This document shows positions 1-14,506 of a DNA stretch of 64,000 bases, piece after piece. The notes beneath the pieces were generated by a model. The model saw only the letters and a list, made by a program, of their open reading frames with translations, was not told the DNA's origin and made no database searches. The first letter of the stretch is position 1, and each line of letters begins with the position of its first letter. The translations under genes and the position numbers were made by a program. Location: the NCBI GenBank assembly GCA_030264375.1, contig JASCQW010000139.1:15351740-15415739 (forward strand). Direction: 5' to 3'. Source of the stretch: Carcharhinus longimanus. Taxonomy: Eukaryota.

Positions 1-543
1 TCCCAATGCAGAGTGGCAGTGGGACCCCCCCCCACCCACACTGATTGCCCCAAGGCCTCACCCACAGTAGGCCCCCACCTCTGCCCAATGGGCCATGGGC
101 ATGGCACTTTGCCCCTGAGGCAGTGTCAGGGGCACAGGCAGGCATTGCTAGGGTGCCCATGCCTGCTGCCACTGCCTGGCCCCCTGGGGACCTTGACTGC
201 CCCCCCTTCATTCCGGCAGGGTCTCCTGATAGTTCCCCAAACATGGGGAGCTAGTTTGAACCACGCTGGAATGAAGTACTCCTGGCGGATGGGGGTTTTG
301 ATCAGGACCTGAAAGATCCCAATAATGAAACATACATATTTAAAATACATGCAGAAAAGATTTAAATACTTACCTGCCTTCCCGCCGGTTTCCAGCGTGG
401 TCTGACTGGCGTCTTTTCGCCAGTTCTGGGAGATGCACATGCGTTCCTGGTGCATGTGCAAATTCCTGTTTAATGCCTCAGACGTGTGTTTCCCATGGCA
501 ACCTGTCAGAAAAGTTGCAGGCTGCAATGGGAGAATCGCGGCC
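1..543. mobile_element. GC-rich non-autonomous DNA-transposon-like repeat, truncated by the window start
   Basis: GC-rich body with repeated ggca/tgcc motifs; ends in gggagaatcgcggcc, resembling the TIR of the 57956-58058 MITE. Confidence 0.5.
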
Positions 544-1637
544 AGTATTTCCATATGAAAACAAATTTGAAGAGTCTCATTTCTGACTACTGCAGCTGAA
601 TTAGGAGGGGAAAAATTTCAATACTCAAAAATAGCCTTTTTAAACAGATATACAAGAATGTGAGGGGAGTGTCGCATGGATAATCTCCCAATGTCAAATT
701 ATTTTAAAGGAGCGTCAACCTTGCAAATTTCTCTTTTGGTAAGCTGTGGCTATTAGTAATATGTGAAGGATATGGAAATAAGTGTTATTTGGCCTACAAA
801 TCTCACATATTGTAGGTTAGAACAATTCGCATTTGAAATGTGAATGAACTATTACTGTATTTGTATGATAGAAGATGCAATGAATTCAGATGTCAAAAAT
901 TTTAAGTGCCATACTCAAATTTTAATGTGGAGATGCATGTCAAGTTTCCTTCCAAATTTTATTACACTTTGTGCAACCTTGAATTATATACAGAAATACA
1001 AAATGTGTGAGTTTTGTAACCATCAAAATTCGATACTCTGTTCTACAGGACAACCTTTTATAATGTTGATAGATGAAAGACGTTTAGCATGACAGAAATC
1101 TGTGCATCATGCAACTTAAATTCACCAATCTAAAAAAAATCCGATGTACAATCAACAAAGATAACAAAACTAAACCAGTTTTTTTTACAAAATGCAACAG
1201 TGAGCTACAACATGCAGTATGAAGATATTACTTCGATTCTCTGCAGGAATATGGTGATTGTTCCTTAGCCACTCATGCAGTGTGGCCACTTGAAAGTTTG
1301 ATTTAATCCTTTAAAAGAGAAGGGCCAGTGCTATGTAATTTTTGTTTTGCTGATTTCTTTCAAATGTAAATTACATTCTCCACAGCATACACCAATTACA
1401 CAGGAATTATACTAATTTATGCTGCTAAATAGTGACAAAGTACATTTTTCCTCACCAGGCAGATTATAATTCAAGTTTTAACTGGCGATGAATCATATTG
1501 CTCAGATAATTCCCATGGATTACAAGAAAAACTGATGGTATGTTTCAACATACACTGAAGTTAAAATATTTAACATTAACTGTCTTAAATGCAGTCAAGT
1601 ATCATAATTCAAATGTCTGCTACTAAAAAAAAAACAA

Positions 1638-1643
1638 TTTAAT
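1638..1643 (-). promoter_or_regulatory. Candidate polyadenylation signal ATTAAA of NUP210L
   Basis: ATTAAA about 130 nt after the stop, followed by a U-rich tract; no transcript evidence. Confidence 0.3.
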
Positions 1644-1774
1644 GAGGACAAGATTGAATCTGTTACTCCATTTTGCCAAATCTTAAAACACAAAACTGAC
1701 AAAAATGAAGCCACATTTGCACAAGCAATTCTAACTGCTAAATACTGACTGCACTGGCTTCCCATGGATGTTTG

Positions 1775-1848
1775 TTAGCGTACGCTCCACAGCCAGGACT
1801 GTAGATAACGCCTTCGGGGATTACCACATGGAGGTGTTGAGCTGTAAC
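1775..1848 (-). CDS. NUP210L: NUP210L terminal coding exon, with stop codon
   Basis: ctgtag|GT TAC...CGC TAA; YSSTPPCGNPRRRYLQSWLWSVR*, ending in the NUP210L-like WLWS motif. Confidence 0.92.
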
Positions 1849-3583
1849 CTACAGAAAAAAGAGAAAAGACTATATCATTTATAACTGATTTACTAAGATG
1901 TACTACTTGAATTTCATTTTAATCAGCTCATTCATGATTTACATTTATCTTTATATTCTTCCTATCTACCAAACTTCCCCCTTTACCTAATCTATTTCTT
2001 TATCTATTTAAAAATATTAAAAACCTTACAACACTTCCACTCCTGTTAACTTTTCTATTATAAATGCCTATGACCATTTCTGTAATATAAACTGCCTTAC
2101 ATGAACACAGGATGCTGTATTTGCCCTGAAGTAGAAATTGGTTCCTTGAACATAGCAGCGATAAAGACTACCACATCAAAACTGATATATGCATAAGGGC
2201 CACACTAAAGTGTTCCTCTCAGTTCTTCAGGAAACCAGACACCCTTCAGGAGGCAGTACACCAGTCAAGAAGATAAGAGTTGACTGGCAAGAATGCTATT
2301 AATACTATGATGAACCAAAGGGAAGGACAGTGAAAGAGAGAGGGAGAAAGGCAAGAGATGGTCCATAGTTTCAATGTGTTCCTCCCAGCTCTGCATTCAA
2401 CCTTCAGTGCTGCTTTAAAGGTCTGCCTGTTTTTGATCTGAGGAAATTGAACGCAACAAACACTAAACCCACTTCATCTGAAGAATACATTTGACTTTGG
2501 TTCTCTATGGAGATCAACTAGTTATATATTTACTTTTTATATTAAGGGTCAGTTAAGCTGAGTTAGAAACAGTCTCTCTTCTGTCTTAGGTTCAAATTCA
2601 TGAAGTTGTTTTTCAATTTGCCACTGAGGGAGTGTTGCAGTCTCAAGGTGCTTTTTTTCAAAAGAAAAAAACATTTAAACCAAGGTCTGTTCCACCTGAT
2701 TGAATCCCATGAAAAGCAGAGTTCTCCTCGTAACCTCACCAACGTTTCTCTCTCACCCAACACCGCTACAGAAACTAGCGATACATCTATATTATGTTGA
2801 TCTTGTTGCGCAAAAAATATCTGTGGCATTTGTCCATATAAGAGGCTGTGCTTCAAGGTAAATTATTGGCAGTGAAACATTGGGACATCCCAAAAATGTG
2901 ATAAGACACTATCAAAATCAAAGTTATTTTCATACACAGGACATAGAACTGCATGGCAATTAGCTGACATACTTCTCAACAGATCTGCTGTAAAGGTATC
3001 CCAAGCTGTTAATCACCTTGTGAAGATGATGTATAAAGAACATAGGAGTGCCTTGTTTGATTGAATTCTCATTTGATCCCACTTCTGATAGAAAACAAAT
3101 CAGTCCAAAACTAAATGTAACCCCTACATAAAAATGAAATGGTACATGTTTATTGTTGGTCACATTATCTGATCCCTTTGTCACATTGAAATCACTCAGC
3201 TAACAATTGACTCTGTAAAATATTTGAACAAAATCATCCATATTTTCAGCTCTTTTATTACTGGACTTATTCACTGTCATTTATACAAAGATATCAATGT
3301 TATCTTGTTAAAGTAATTTTGTATCTATTCCTTAGCCATCTTACATTTCAACATCTAGTCCATCTGCGTGTTTTTAAAAAAGGTCAAGCTGATATTTTCC
3401 ATTGTTTGTTAATTTTAGGAATAAAATAAAATTAGCAACATAACTAGCAGGGTGATAGAAAGCACTGACTCCTCAACTGTTTTTAGTGTGACTGAGGATT
3501 ATTCCAACTCAAACAGATGTTAATGAAAGATTGTGGAAAGCAGAGAAAGAATGTGAATTTTGTTTAATACATTGGCATTCTTT

Positions 3584-3709
3584 GAGGGGAATTTTCCCGT
3601 CCCGCCTGCCATGGGAATCGTAGTGGGCGGGAAGCAGACCATACAAAGGTCTGTTGACCTCAGGTGGGATAATCCACTTTTGGAGTGAGCACAGCTGAAA
3701 ATTCCACCC
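3584..3709. mobile_element. MITE (Harbinger/Tourist-like)
   Basis: TIRs gaggggaatttt / aaaattccaccc with ttt on both flanks; body similar to 42561-42698. Confidence 0.65.
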
Positions 3710-4266
3710 TTTGAGTGTTCTCTCTGACTTGGCATTTGTATGTCCAGAGTAAGGGGGCAGAATGTGCAGCAATTTGCACCCATGAATTGTTGTAGCATCA
3801 TGTCTCGTCTTCACCACATGCCAAATTTCTCACAACCAATTAGATATTTAAGGTGAATCATTATAACCAAATATGATAATCAATTTTCACAAACAGAAAA
3901 TGTGACGAATGGTCACTTCATGCGTTGAGTGTATTGGGTGCTGGATTCATCCTTGAATGTGCGCAATAGGCCTGAATAGGTCCATTCTAAGGGACTACCT
4001 TAGTATATAAAAATATAATCAGGCACAGATCCACCTTTTGTCGTTGTGAACCAGTTGTACATTGAGCAGTTGGAAGCCGTTCCTGTTGATGAAAGCTGCT
4101 ACTTGGGCTTTTGCAGCTTTGAGAGCCAACATGCATTCATTCAGTAAATGACATCCTGCACCTGGGGAATACGGTGGTGGCCGCAAATTCTACAGTCCTC
4201 AGTCTGATCTTGATGTAGTGGTGATGAGCCTTAGGGGAAGATTCCACAGATATCTCCAGAAGATCT

Positions 4267-4590
4267 GGGCAGTCTGGTGGCAAAGTGGTTAGCACTGCTG
4301 CTTCACAGCGCCAGGTACCCGGGTTCAGTTCCAGGCTCGAGTCACTGTCTATATGGAGTTTGTACATTCTCTTCATGTCTGCATGGGTTTCCTCTGGGAC
4401 TCCAGTTTCTTCCCACAGTCCAAAGATGTGCCAGTTAGGTTGATTGGCCACACTAATTTGACCCTAGTGTCAGGGTAATAGCAGAATAAATAAATTGGAT
4501 TATGGGAATAGGGCCTGGGTGGGATTGTAGTTGGTGCCTACTTGTTAGGCTGAATGGCCTTCTGCATTCTAGGGTTCTATGACTGTATGA
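4267..4590 (+). mobile_element. HE1/V-SINE-type tRNA-derived SINE
   Basis: A box tggcaaagtgg, B-box-like ggttcagttcc, V-domain tggagtttgtacattctc...gggtttcctctggg, LINE-like tail ggctgaatggcct...ctatg. Confidence 0.85.
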
Positions 4591-7564
4591 TCTGTGGAGT
4601 GATCATGAGGCATAAGAATTCAGGGCCATGGTTAATTCCATGTTATCCAGGAAATGTGTTATCAGCATTTCCTATTAGGCTCCATCATTGCTCAGTGATC
4701 TCCTTGCTATTCCAATGTTTGCAGGAAGCAGAGCCTCTGATAATAGACTCTCTCTAGTGGATAGCATCTTCTGAGCAAGGGAGGCTGGCAGCCTGCTCCT
4801 TTGCCCCGTCATGATTTTCGTGACTCTGGATGTTGTAGTTCCATTCCCAGAGGCTGCAATTCTCTCTCTCTCTCTGATGCTCCTTCTCACTGGAGGTCAC
4901 ACTGCCTGACCAAATAAGATCCACAGCAAACTGCTGCACACTTTTCAAGGACTCTGCTTCCTTACTCTATATATTCAAGCACCAAGTCAGAGGCCACTTT
5001 CAGAATACCCACTGTGCTAGCCAAATCTGGCTAGTCTCCAGACTATTACTATTGCTGTCTATTCAAAATAATCCACTCCACCAAGCCACATTACCTCTTT
5101 CAATGGTTGCTGACTGCAGCCAAGACTTATCTTCCGCTTCATTTAAACTTGCAAGGCTCTGAAGTACTGTTGTTCTTGGTGCCCTCAAAAAACTGAGCAA
5201 CATAGCTAAACTCTTGTTAATGACCTCCCTGCCATTTTCAAGTGTGGTTCCTCCCATTATCCTGTTCACCTCTGGGAACATCTGCTGATGGTGTGAATGG
5301 ACTTCCCTCTCATTGTCATTCACCACCATTTTTCTGTCCCTCCTTCCTCCAATGCATTGACAAAATCACAGCCAACATTTCAAGCCAATGATTTTTGATC
5401 AGAACTGGAAAAGTTAGAAATGTGATCCATTTTAAGCAAGTGAAAAAGAGGATGGTAAAATATAATCTATGATAGGATGGAAGAAAGAAGAAATTAAGGG
5501 CTGAATGTTTGGGTTCTGATGGGAGAAAGCACGGAGGTAGGCTGGTGCCAAATTTTACACCACCAGTACGCGGGTTGCTTGGTTCCATCTTTCCTCTGGC
5601 CACTTTTCTGAGGTGGGAAGGAGGGGTTTGGGGACATGCAGCCAGCAGCTAGCCAATTGAGGCATTTATAAGTCCAGTAGGTTCTACTGACAAAGGCCGA
5701 GCGGAATTTTCCAGTCAGCCTCAAGGGCCCTGGTGGTGTCTGTAAACAGCCCAGCTGCCTGGAGCTGGCCTTCTGGCGACACTGTGGAGGTCAGGCTCTG
5801 CCTGGGTTCCCACCCTCAATGGTAGTTTGGCTGTTAAGGCATTAAAAAACAGTTGGAGAAAATGTGCCTGCTTAACACACCCTCTCTTCTTACCTTGGAA
5901 GGCCAACCTTTCTTCAGTCCTGCATGACTTCCTACTGACCCTCTGGCTTCAAAAGCCCACCCATCATCCTTAATTTGACAATAATCCTGTCCTCTGATCA
6001 CAAGTTACCCAATTCATGGGAAATCTCTTATGAGTGATTATTCCTCATATAGTGTAGACACTGATCCTTGTTTGAGACTCACAAAGATGTCCTGAAGCCT
6101 GTAGGGGAAATCCTGCTCTAAGTGACAAAAGAGTTGGTGGTGCAGGACCAAAGGGAATGTGAATGGGACAAGTAAAGAAAAGAAAGATATGTCCTGAGGT
6201 GGTGGGAAGATAATCAAAGATGGCGGCCAAATTTTTATGTATAAAGTTCTGGGTGCACACCTAACTCAGAAGTACACAAAATCATGTCCTTGCCCACTAT
6301 TTCAGTCGACTGGTTCAACTGGCTGACAATCAAGAAGTCAATTTAGATTGATCAAACAGCAATTGTCTGGGATTTCACTTTGCCCATATACTTCTATGGT
6401 TGGCTGGCTGGTCAATTGGCTGCAAGCTTGACCCAGGGTGGGAAGAAATTCAGTGCTGAAATAAAATTAACAACTGTGTCTGGGGGCTGAGGTCTGTGAA
6501 TGATTATGCTGCCTAGACTCTTATGACACAATTTCCGCTGATACTTCTGTGCAAGTCCACAGCTTCTTCAGACAGCTCTGCAGCAGTCGGCTCCGAGAGA
6601 GCACACTGGGACCATTAGTTCGCATATTCTCTTTTCTTGGTGCCCATCCACCTCTCGCCTTCCCTGGCAGCAGTCAGCCTTTCAGAGTGTATTTCATTCT
6701 GGATGGCTGTTAATTGACCATCTAGTTTGATATCGGGTGTGAGGGGGTTTCCCGTCTTCTCCCGCCTGCACTGACGAATATAAAACTCGGGCCAGAATAT
6801 TGAATGCAAGGTCAGACCTACTGTTAGTGTGCTCAGTGAACAATATGGTTCTAAAGTATCAACACAGCAAGACAGAAATGAATACTCAAAAGTGGAACAA
6901 ATCAACTTTTTCTGTCCTAGCCATTTCATGAAGGCATATGCTCAGTCTATAGATTACAGCTGTTGATGACACTTCAGCAATAAACCTCAATCAAAATGGT
7001 GCTAAGTTACTTATGGCAGAACAGTCTGGTTTAATTATTTGTATTGCACAGTAAAATATTGCCTCCTCTTTAAAACACACAGTTGCTTTTAATGCTTCAA
7101 CCTATCTTTTTAAACAAGTACAATACCAAAAGTGTCTGTATAGATAACATGCATTACTTTGAAATCACTTAATGCAAAACAATGGTAGGACTTTGATGTC
7201 TGAGAAAATTCTACACAAACAGTAATGGGAAAACTGCATTTCTGGTCAGTACAAGTGGGCCATTGTTGGATGCAGTCCTACAAAATAAGGTGGGTTAACA
7301 CAATGGCAGCTGTGGAGTAGGCGAATGCGATTTGCACCTGTGTATGATTTACAGATGGTCTTCTTAATGCTCTACAGTGCACCTCACCTAAATCAGAAGT
7401 AAGAATGAGGTTGTACACTACACATAGTAGAAGCACAACAAATCAAAATCTACTCTCTTGTTTGACAAACTCTGGAGTGAGAATAACAATATTTGATCAG
7501 TGTGACCAAAGCCTCAGCAATAAACAATGTCGCTACAGTTATTGCTAAACTTTTCTGTGTTTAC

Positions 7565-7633
7565 CTGTCTGTGTTGGTGTAGAAACATAAATTACTGGGA
7601 TAGTCTGTATCCTCGTCAAGAAGGCATTATAAG
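7565..7633 (-). CDS. NUP210L: NUP210L coding exon 17 of 18 (69 nt)
   Basis: tag|CT...G|gtaaa; YNAFLTRIQTIPVIYVSTPTQT(G). Resembles the NUP210L juxtamembrane tail as recalled, not NUP210. Confidence 0.92.
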
Positions 7634-9539
7634 CTACAAGACAAAAATAAGTTGTGCCATCACTACTACAGTCTATTAGTTTGTACTTATTACTCCCATG
7701 TTAATGCTTAATATTCCAGCATTGAAAAGTTTATTTTAAATTTTTTACTTTTGCAACAAAGAACATTGAAACTCATTATTCTAGCGTATAATTAATTACA
7801 TTTCCCAATACCGACTCATGGAACTTAAGTGGTTCAAAAATAATTATAAAATCCCACACAGATGTGAATTTTGGACGGAAAAGGTGGTGTTAGAAACTTA
7901 CTAGTTGGCTGCTCAGACAATCTAGTATTTACAACTTCCTTTTTTATTTTAAGCCTTCCCATTGCATTGTCATCCAATGACAGGACACGTATTTAAGTTG
8001 CTCCCTGGCACTTGGTAATACTGCTCTTTATACATTTCACATAATGTGTGTAAGAGTCAGCCGAGATGTGTACCCCTCCTTTTATCTCCACATTAGAGGA
8101 GGTGGTCTCCCTAATTTTGCCAATTCAATTTGGCACTCTCCTTGTTCAGTTTGAACCAGGATTCTCCTCCAACATCAACTAATTTTGGCAAGCTTCCCCT
8201 TCAGTTCACCTTTCACTTTTCTTCAGATCATGTTGGCATCTTTCAATGGCCCACAGTTCGCAGAGTGAACCTTCACTCCTCACCTTCCACAGTTCATATG
8301 CTGGGACTGGTCAACCCCCGGCATACCTCAATTTATACCAGCAGATTTTATCCCTATCATTGCTACAGTACTTCTTCCTCTCGACTCGCAGTGCCACCCC
8401 AAGAATGAAAGATTACCTACTATCAGNNNNNNNNNNNNNNNNNNNNNNNNNNNNNNNNNNNNTTCTGAGCTCGTGAAGCAATCCTGACAATTGACACTCA
8501 CTGCAGTATATCGTTCCTAGAATAGGAAAATGGCAGTGAAGAGCACAATTGGAGTGGAGCTAATTTTTACACCTCAGGAGAGTTAACAAAGTGCATTAAT
8601 ATATAATTAATGCAAGATTACACTCATGTCCTTTCCCAAAATACAAGGTCAGAAAACTAGAGTATGAATCTATCCAAACGATAACCACTCTTGGTTATAT
8701 CTTACTGTTCAGCACAGAAATCACAGTAGTTGGATTTGGTGGTCTACTGACTTTTTACTCCTGACATCTGGGTATAAATTCAAGTCAGATTTGATAGGGG
8801 AAACATTTTTGCCAGCAAGAAAGACCTAATACGATGCTATTTTGGTCAAGGCCAATCCAGTTCTCAGTGGCAGAAGGCCACAACATAATACCAACCTCAC
8901 ATGAATAATCTCAATCAAAGAGGTCATAAGGATAGGTGATATGGGAAGGAAAAAAATTGTTACTGGCATCTTGGGGGAAGCCTGTCTGAGATGAGAGATT
9001 TGAGTAAAACTGAGAGATCTTTGCTATCCATCCACCCAACACTACATCTGATAGTTGCAGCCATTATTCAGAATCTTTCAAATGAATCCATTAATAAAAT
9101 ACAATGAAGATGATTTTGTAATTTCATAATATAGCAGTGCAGGTCTGTCATCTGGGGATATGTATCAATTGAGGTTCTTCTAAAAGTACTTCCGCAAACT
9201 GTGGAAGAATTTTGTGCAGCACATTGATGTGAATGTCAAGAGTGCCTTTTTTTTGTTGCGATCAGTAAAACTACAATACGTTAAAGTTAAAGAGTACTAT
9301 GCTACATTATGTTGTTTGCAATAATTGGAAGTGACCCCTTTCAACTTTGTTAAAACAAGGTACAAAGACCATATGCAGGAAAACTTGCACTATCCAGATC
9401 AGTGTGGAAACCTGTTATTCCTATATTCTAATGTTCAGTTACACAGCAACACTGCTGGAGGGCTGAGGAGAAACATCTAATCTTTGTATGGGACACAGTG
9501 AGAGAAAGTTACAAAAGCTACTATACATTAAGTATTTAC

Positions 9540-9650
9540 CAATAAATATGACAGCAGTTGTAGCCAGGACTGCAAACAAAGTGAACATCAGCACCTGGTA
9601 GGATTCCACTAGTTGATCAAAGAAAGTTGATTCCTCAAAAGGTAACTCTC
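9540..9650 (-). CDS. NUP210L: NUP210L coding exon 16 of 18 (111 nt), transmembrane helix
   Basis: tag|GA...G|gtaaat; ELPFEESTFFDQLVESYQVLMFTLFAVLATTAVIFI(A), the gp210-family single TM segment. Confidence 0.95.
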
Positions 9651-10449
9651 CTATAATTAAAAAAAAAGAGGTTTTCCATTGCAATTTGGCTAAGATTGTT
9701 AAACTGATCTATATGGGATTGTAAATTACAAGCGATATTTGTTAAATCACATTGTGGTGATAGAAATGGGATAAATTTGAAACACATTACAAGTGAGTTT
9801 TAAATCACATAAAATTAAGTTGGGAAGATAGCATCTTATACCAGGCTGCATTCAATAAATCCTAAATTACATACACATTAAATAACATTCAAAACTATAT
9901 TCATTTTAAACCTGAGGATCAAGAAAAGTACTTTACCTTGTCTTTTATAGCAAAATGCTTGATCTTACTGTCAAGGCCACTTAGCAAATTAAACCTGTTA
10001 AAATTTAGATCGCTGTCAAGCTTTAATTAAAAAAGAAATATTGTTTAAACTATAAATGCTTCCCCCAGCAGGAAGGTAGGTAATTGGCCTCAGACTGCAG
10101 AAGGGGGCTTCAAGACTAAGCTTGAATTAAGGGGGATTCAAAATCCAGAAGTATGTTTTGAATTAGCCTCAGGTCTTCATTAAATAATCTGATTTTCTGA
10201 ATAAATATTACCCTGATGCTTATTCCCAAGAATGTAGTAATAGCGTGCAGTGAATGAGATTCACAGTGTCTGGGCTGAAAACAGCACATCATAAGTGCCT
10301 GTCCAAAGTAATGTTACAGCAATTGGTCATGTTTGGGGATTTGGAATCTTGAAATGTAGCCTGCTCTGACCATCACTTGAGGGGCAAGTACTCTCCACCA
10401 CCTTGAACCCACATTCACTGATGAGTCATTGACAGAAAGGGGGTCTTTG

Positions 10450-11480
10450 GAGACTAATGCTGGCACTTCTTTCTCACTAATACTGGAGAGAGGAGACCAG
10501 GAAGATGGAAACTGGATTTATCGCTGCCTACATTATCACTTACACGGAGAAGATGGAAAGGATTGTGACAGAGGTGTCTCATTTGTCAAAGAGGGGTGCA
10601 AGGCTCACCCCAAGGACTCAAGACCAAAGGCCAGCAGGATCTTCTCTGGATGTAAAGATCGAGGCTCACAGAGACATTGTGTGCATAGGTGGCTGCAAAG
10701 TTAGGGTGTACCAAACTCGCATATCTTTGGATGAGCAAGAATATGACCCGCCAATGGTTCCACATATCCAGAGACCTGGTGACTGATATTTTCCACATTC
10801 TCCAGGAATTTGCAGAACAAAGACAGGGACAGCATCCATTGCCAGTGGCTGTGAAAGAAACGGCTGCTCTGAATATTGGCACCTGTGGCTCCATTCAGGA
10901 CTTTTTGTGGAATCTCTCAAGTTTCCATGCACAAGTGCATTCATGAGGTCACAGACACTCTTTCTGCCAAGACCCCACAATTTCATTGAGAAATTGCTGG
11001 AGATCAAGGAAGCCAGGATACCAGAGCACTGGGCTTTGCTGAGATTGCTGGATTCCCATGGATGCAGGATGTCACTGATTACTCATGTGGTTATAAAAAA
11101 TTCCCTGGCACCAAGCACTGCAATACATCATCCAGAACGGTTACCACTTGCTCAATGTATAGTGACAGTCTTGGACTCTTGCAGAGAGAAGGTAGAGGCT
11201 CATGTGGCAAACCATGCACTGAGGAGCACACCATAGGGATCCTAAACATATGATTCTGATGCTGATTAGATCTGGTGAAGCACTACAATACAGTCACCTG
11301 AAGGTTTCATGGAATATCATGGCTTGCTGCGCACTGCACAACCTGGTGCTGCAAAGAGGGGAAGGCCTTGCCAGATGACAAGATAGAGCAGCTGCATGAT
11401 TCCTCTGATCAGGGGGATCTCTAAGGGCCGAGCTTGAGAAAGCTGAGACTGCTGTCAAGAGGCCATAGCATGGACCAGAC
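10450..11480 (+). mobile_element. PIF/Harbinger transposase remnant (HARBI1-like), decayed
   Basis: Fragments HPLPVAVKETAALN...GSIQ (about 10830-10900) and IMACCALHNLVLQRG (about 11315-11360); many frameshifts; boundaries approximate. Confidence 0.7.
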
Positions 11481-12232
11481 AAGACATTGTGCACATTAGG
11501 CCCTGATAACCATAAGAACATGACAAGCTGTTGTGAGTATCCTCTAGGACAAGTGCCCTCCTTCAAGAGCCAACCTGAGCACCAGCATTGCTATTTCTTT
11601 CAATTCACCCAAGCCCTTCAACTTGAGAGTAAATAGTCAGGCTCACATGTACCTGATCCTTTGAAGAATGATGAACTATTGGCAGCAAGTGTCCTTGCTG
11701 AGATGAGGTGCTAACTAGAGCAGGGCGACTCAGCATCAGATGTCAGAAGTTACTGCCTCTTCAAGCATCTCTCCAACATCCCAGTGGCAATGGCACCCTA
11801 CAAGAGCCAGGAGCTGTCGGTCGATTGCAACTGGTCTTATGGCTATATGTCTTCATCCTCAAGGAGATCCATCTCAGCAATTGAGCAATGCACTCACTGT
11901 AACCTCGATGGTGAATCAGATAATTCACACTTGGGGCAAGGCAGCTGATGACGTTCCACTACTGTGGATCCATTTAGACATGGCTCGCATTTGATATCCG
12001 GCACACTCAGGGATCCTGAGCTGTATTTATCCTCAACTTAATATTATGTGGACCAACTAAGCATGACAATGTCAAACACTTGCCAGCCAGCAAATAAAAT
12101 GCTTCCTCTTTAACACAGGCATTATGCCCTCATGGCCAGTCCTGGCCTTTGCCAAGTCCAAAATGCACAGACACCATGAAGCCCCAGGGGCACACGTCAT
12201 TGCTAATAAAGAATTCATTTCAGTTTATTCCA

Positions 12233-13430
12233 TTTGAATTGATTTATTATTGTCAAATGTATTAACATAGTGAAAAGTTTCTTGCACACTATACAGACTA
12301 AACATACCATTCATAAAGAAGCAGACAAGAGAGTGCAGAATATAGTGTTACAGTCATAGCTAGGGTGTAGAGAAAGATCAACTTAATACAAAGTAAGTCC
12401 AATCAAAAGTCTGACAGCAGCAGGGAAGAAGCTGTTCTTGAGTCAGTTGGTACGTGACCTGAGACTTTTGTATCTTTTTCCCAAAAGAAGGTGGAAGAGA
12501 AAATGTCCGGGGTGCGTNNNNNNNNNNNNNNNNNNNNNNNNNNNNNNNNNNNNNNNNNNNNNNNNNNNNNNNNNNNNNNNNNNNNNNNNNNNNNNNNNNN
12601 NNNNNNNNNNNNNNNNNGTATCTTTTTCCCAAAAGAAGGTGGAAGAGAAAATGTCCGGGGTGCGTGGGATCCTTAATTATGCTGGCTGCTCTGCTGAGAC
12701 AGTGGGAAGTGTACAAGAGTCAATGGATGGGAGATTGGTATGTGTGATGGATTGGGCTACATTCATGACCTTTTGTAGTTCCTTGTGGTCTTGGGCAGAC
12801 CAGAAGCCTTACCAAGCTGTAATACAACCAGAAAGAATGTTTCTATGGTGCATTTGTAAAAGTCGGTGAGAGTCATAGCTGACATGCCAAATTTTCTTAG
12901 TCTTCTGAGAAAACAAAGGCGTTGGTGGGCTTTCTTACCTATAGTGTCGGCATGGAGGGACCAGGACACATTGTTGGTGATCTGGACACCTCAAAACTTG
13001 GAGCTCTCGACCCTTTACACTTCGTCCCCATTGATGTAGACAGCAGCATGTTCTCCTTTACGCTTGCTAAATTTGATGACAATCTCCTTTGTTTTGTTGA
13101 CATTGAAGGAGACGTTATTGTTGCCACACCAGTTCACCAGATTCTCTATCTCATTCCTGTACTCTGTCTTGTCATTGTTTGAGATTCGACCCACTATGGT
13201 GGTGTCGTCAGCAACTTGAAAATTAAATTGGAGGGGAATTTGGCCATACAGTCATAGGTGTATAAGTAGTATAGTAAGGGGCTGAAAACACAGCCTTGCG
13301 GGGCACTTATCCTTACTGATTGTGGTCTGTGAGTTAGGAAGTTCATGATCTAGTCATAGGGGGAGGTGCCGAGGCCCAGGCCATGGAGTTTGGAGATGAG
13401 TTTCATGGGAATAACTGTTGAAGGCTGCGC
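12233..13430 (-). mobile_element. Rex1/Babar-type LINE 3' portion (RT C-terminus and tail)
   Basis: ADDTTIVGRISNN...NVNKTKEIVI and KKAHQRLCFLRRLRKFGMS motifs; tail ends aataaatcaattcaaa. Confidence 0.8.
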
Positions 13431-14139
13431 TGTAGTAAATACATCTTTGCTCCTATCCCATTGCTCCCTTCTGACTAAAGCAATCACTTGCAATTCCAGA
13501 GTATCCTCAATGCTTCTACTGCCCGCGAGAAATCACCATTTAAAATAAGCATCAAATGATCTTGGTGAGTGCTCAGGTGAGGATATGCACATTGTTGCCT
13601 TCTTATTTTGTGATGAGAGCCCCTATTTCCCACAAGACACACAACTAGAAGGTCAGAGACATGCAAGGTTGGACATTATTGGATGTAATGGAACCATGCT
13701 TCATCACTGAGGTGGCAAGATGCCCCCACTTGTTAGTCAGTTTAGTAGATGTACACTCTGAAAGTCGAAAACATGGTTGGCTGATAGCAGCATACATGAG
13801 CTCTGAGTACAAATTAATGCCATTAATACACGTCTGCCAGGTAGAGAGCACATGGAGTTCAACAATATATGACCCTTTTCCATGCATGAAAACATTTCCT
13901 TATTCACCGCATCTTTCAAGAACGCAGAAAAGATAAGTCAATTTACACAGTCAAGACTAAACATGATATGACCATGCAAAGCATGTGAACGAGGTTTGTT
14001 CCACAAGTATACTTAACATTCAGGTCAAGACATCACTGATATTGAGAATGATGAGCAAAAGGGGCACACAGTGTGGTCTTTGGCAGCATCACATTGATGA
14101 AAGGCATATGCAATAAGTGGGGGGGAGGAACCATGGTTT

Positions 14140-14506
14140 TTGATTTGATTTGATTTATTATTGTCATATGTATTAACATACAGTGAAAAGTGTTGTTTCT
14201 TGTGTGCTATATAGAAAAAGCATACTGTTAATACAGAAGGAGAGAGTGCAGAATGTAGTATTACAGTCATAGATAGAGTGCAGAGAAATATCAACTTAAT
14301 GCAAGGTTAGCCCATTCAAAAGGCTGAAAGCAGCAAGGGAGAAGCTGTTCGAGTCAGTTGGTACATGATCTCAGACTTTTGTATCTTTTTCCCAAAGGAA
14401 GAAGGTGGAAGAGAAAATGTCTGGTGTGTGTGGGGTCCTTAATTATGCTGGCTGCTTTGCCAAGGCAGCGTGAGTAAAGGCAGAGTCAATGGATGGGAGG
14501 CTGATT
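14140..14506 (-). mobile_element. Rex/Babar LINE 3' tail
   Basis: Homologous to 12233-12740; (tttga)n terminal repeat. Confidence 0.8.

Noticed and set aside
12469-12666. Apparent direct repeat of about 48 bp on both sides of a 100-N gap
   Set aside because: Identical contig ends around a fixed-size gap indicate an unmerged overlap, an assembly artefact.
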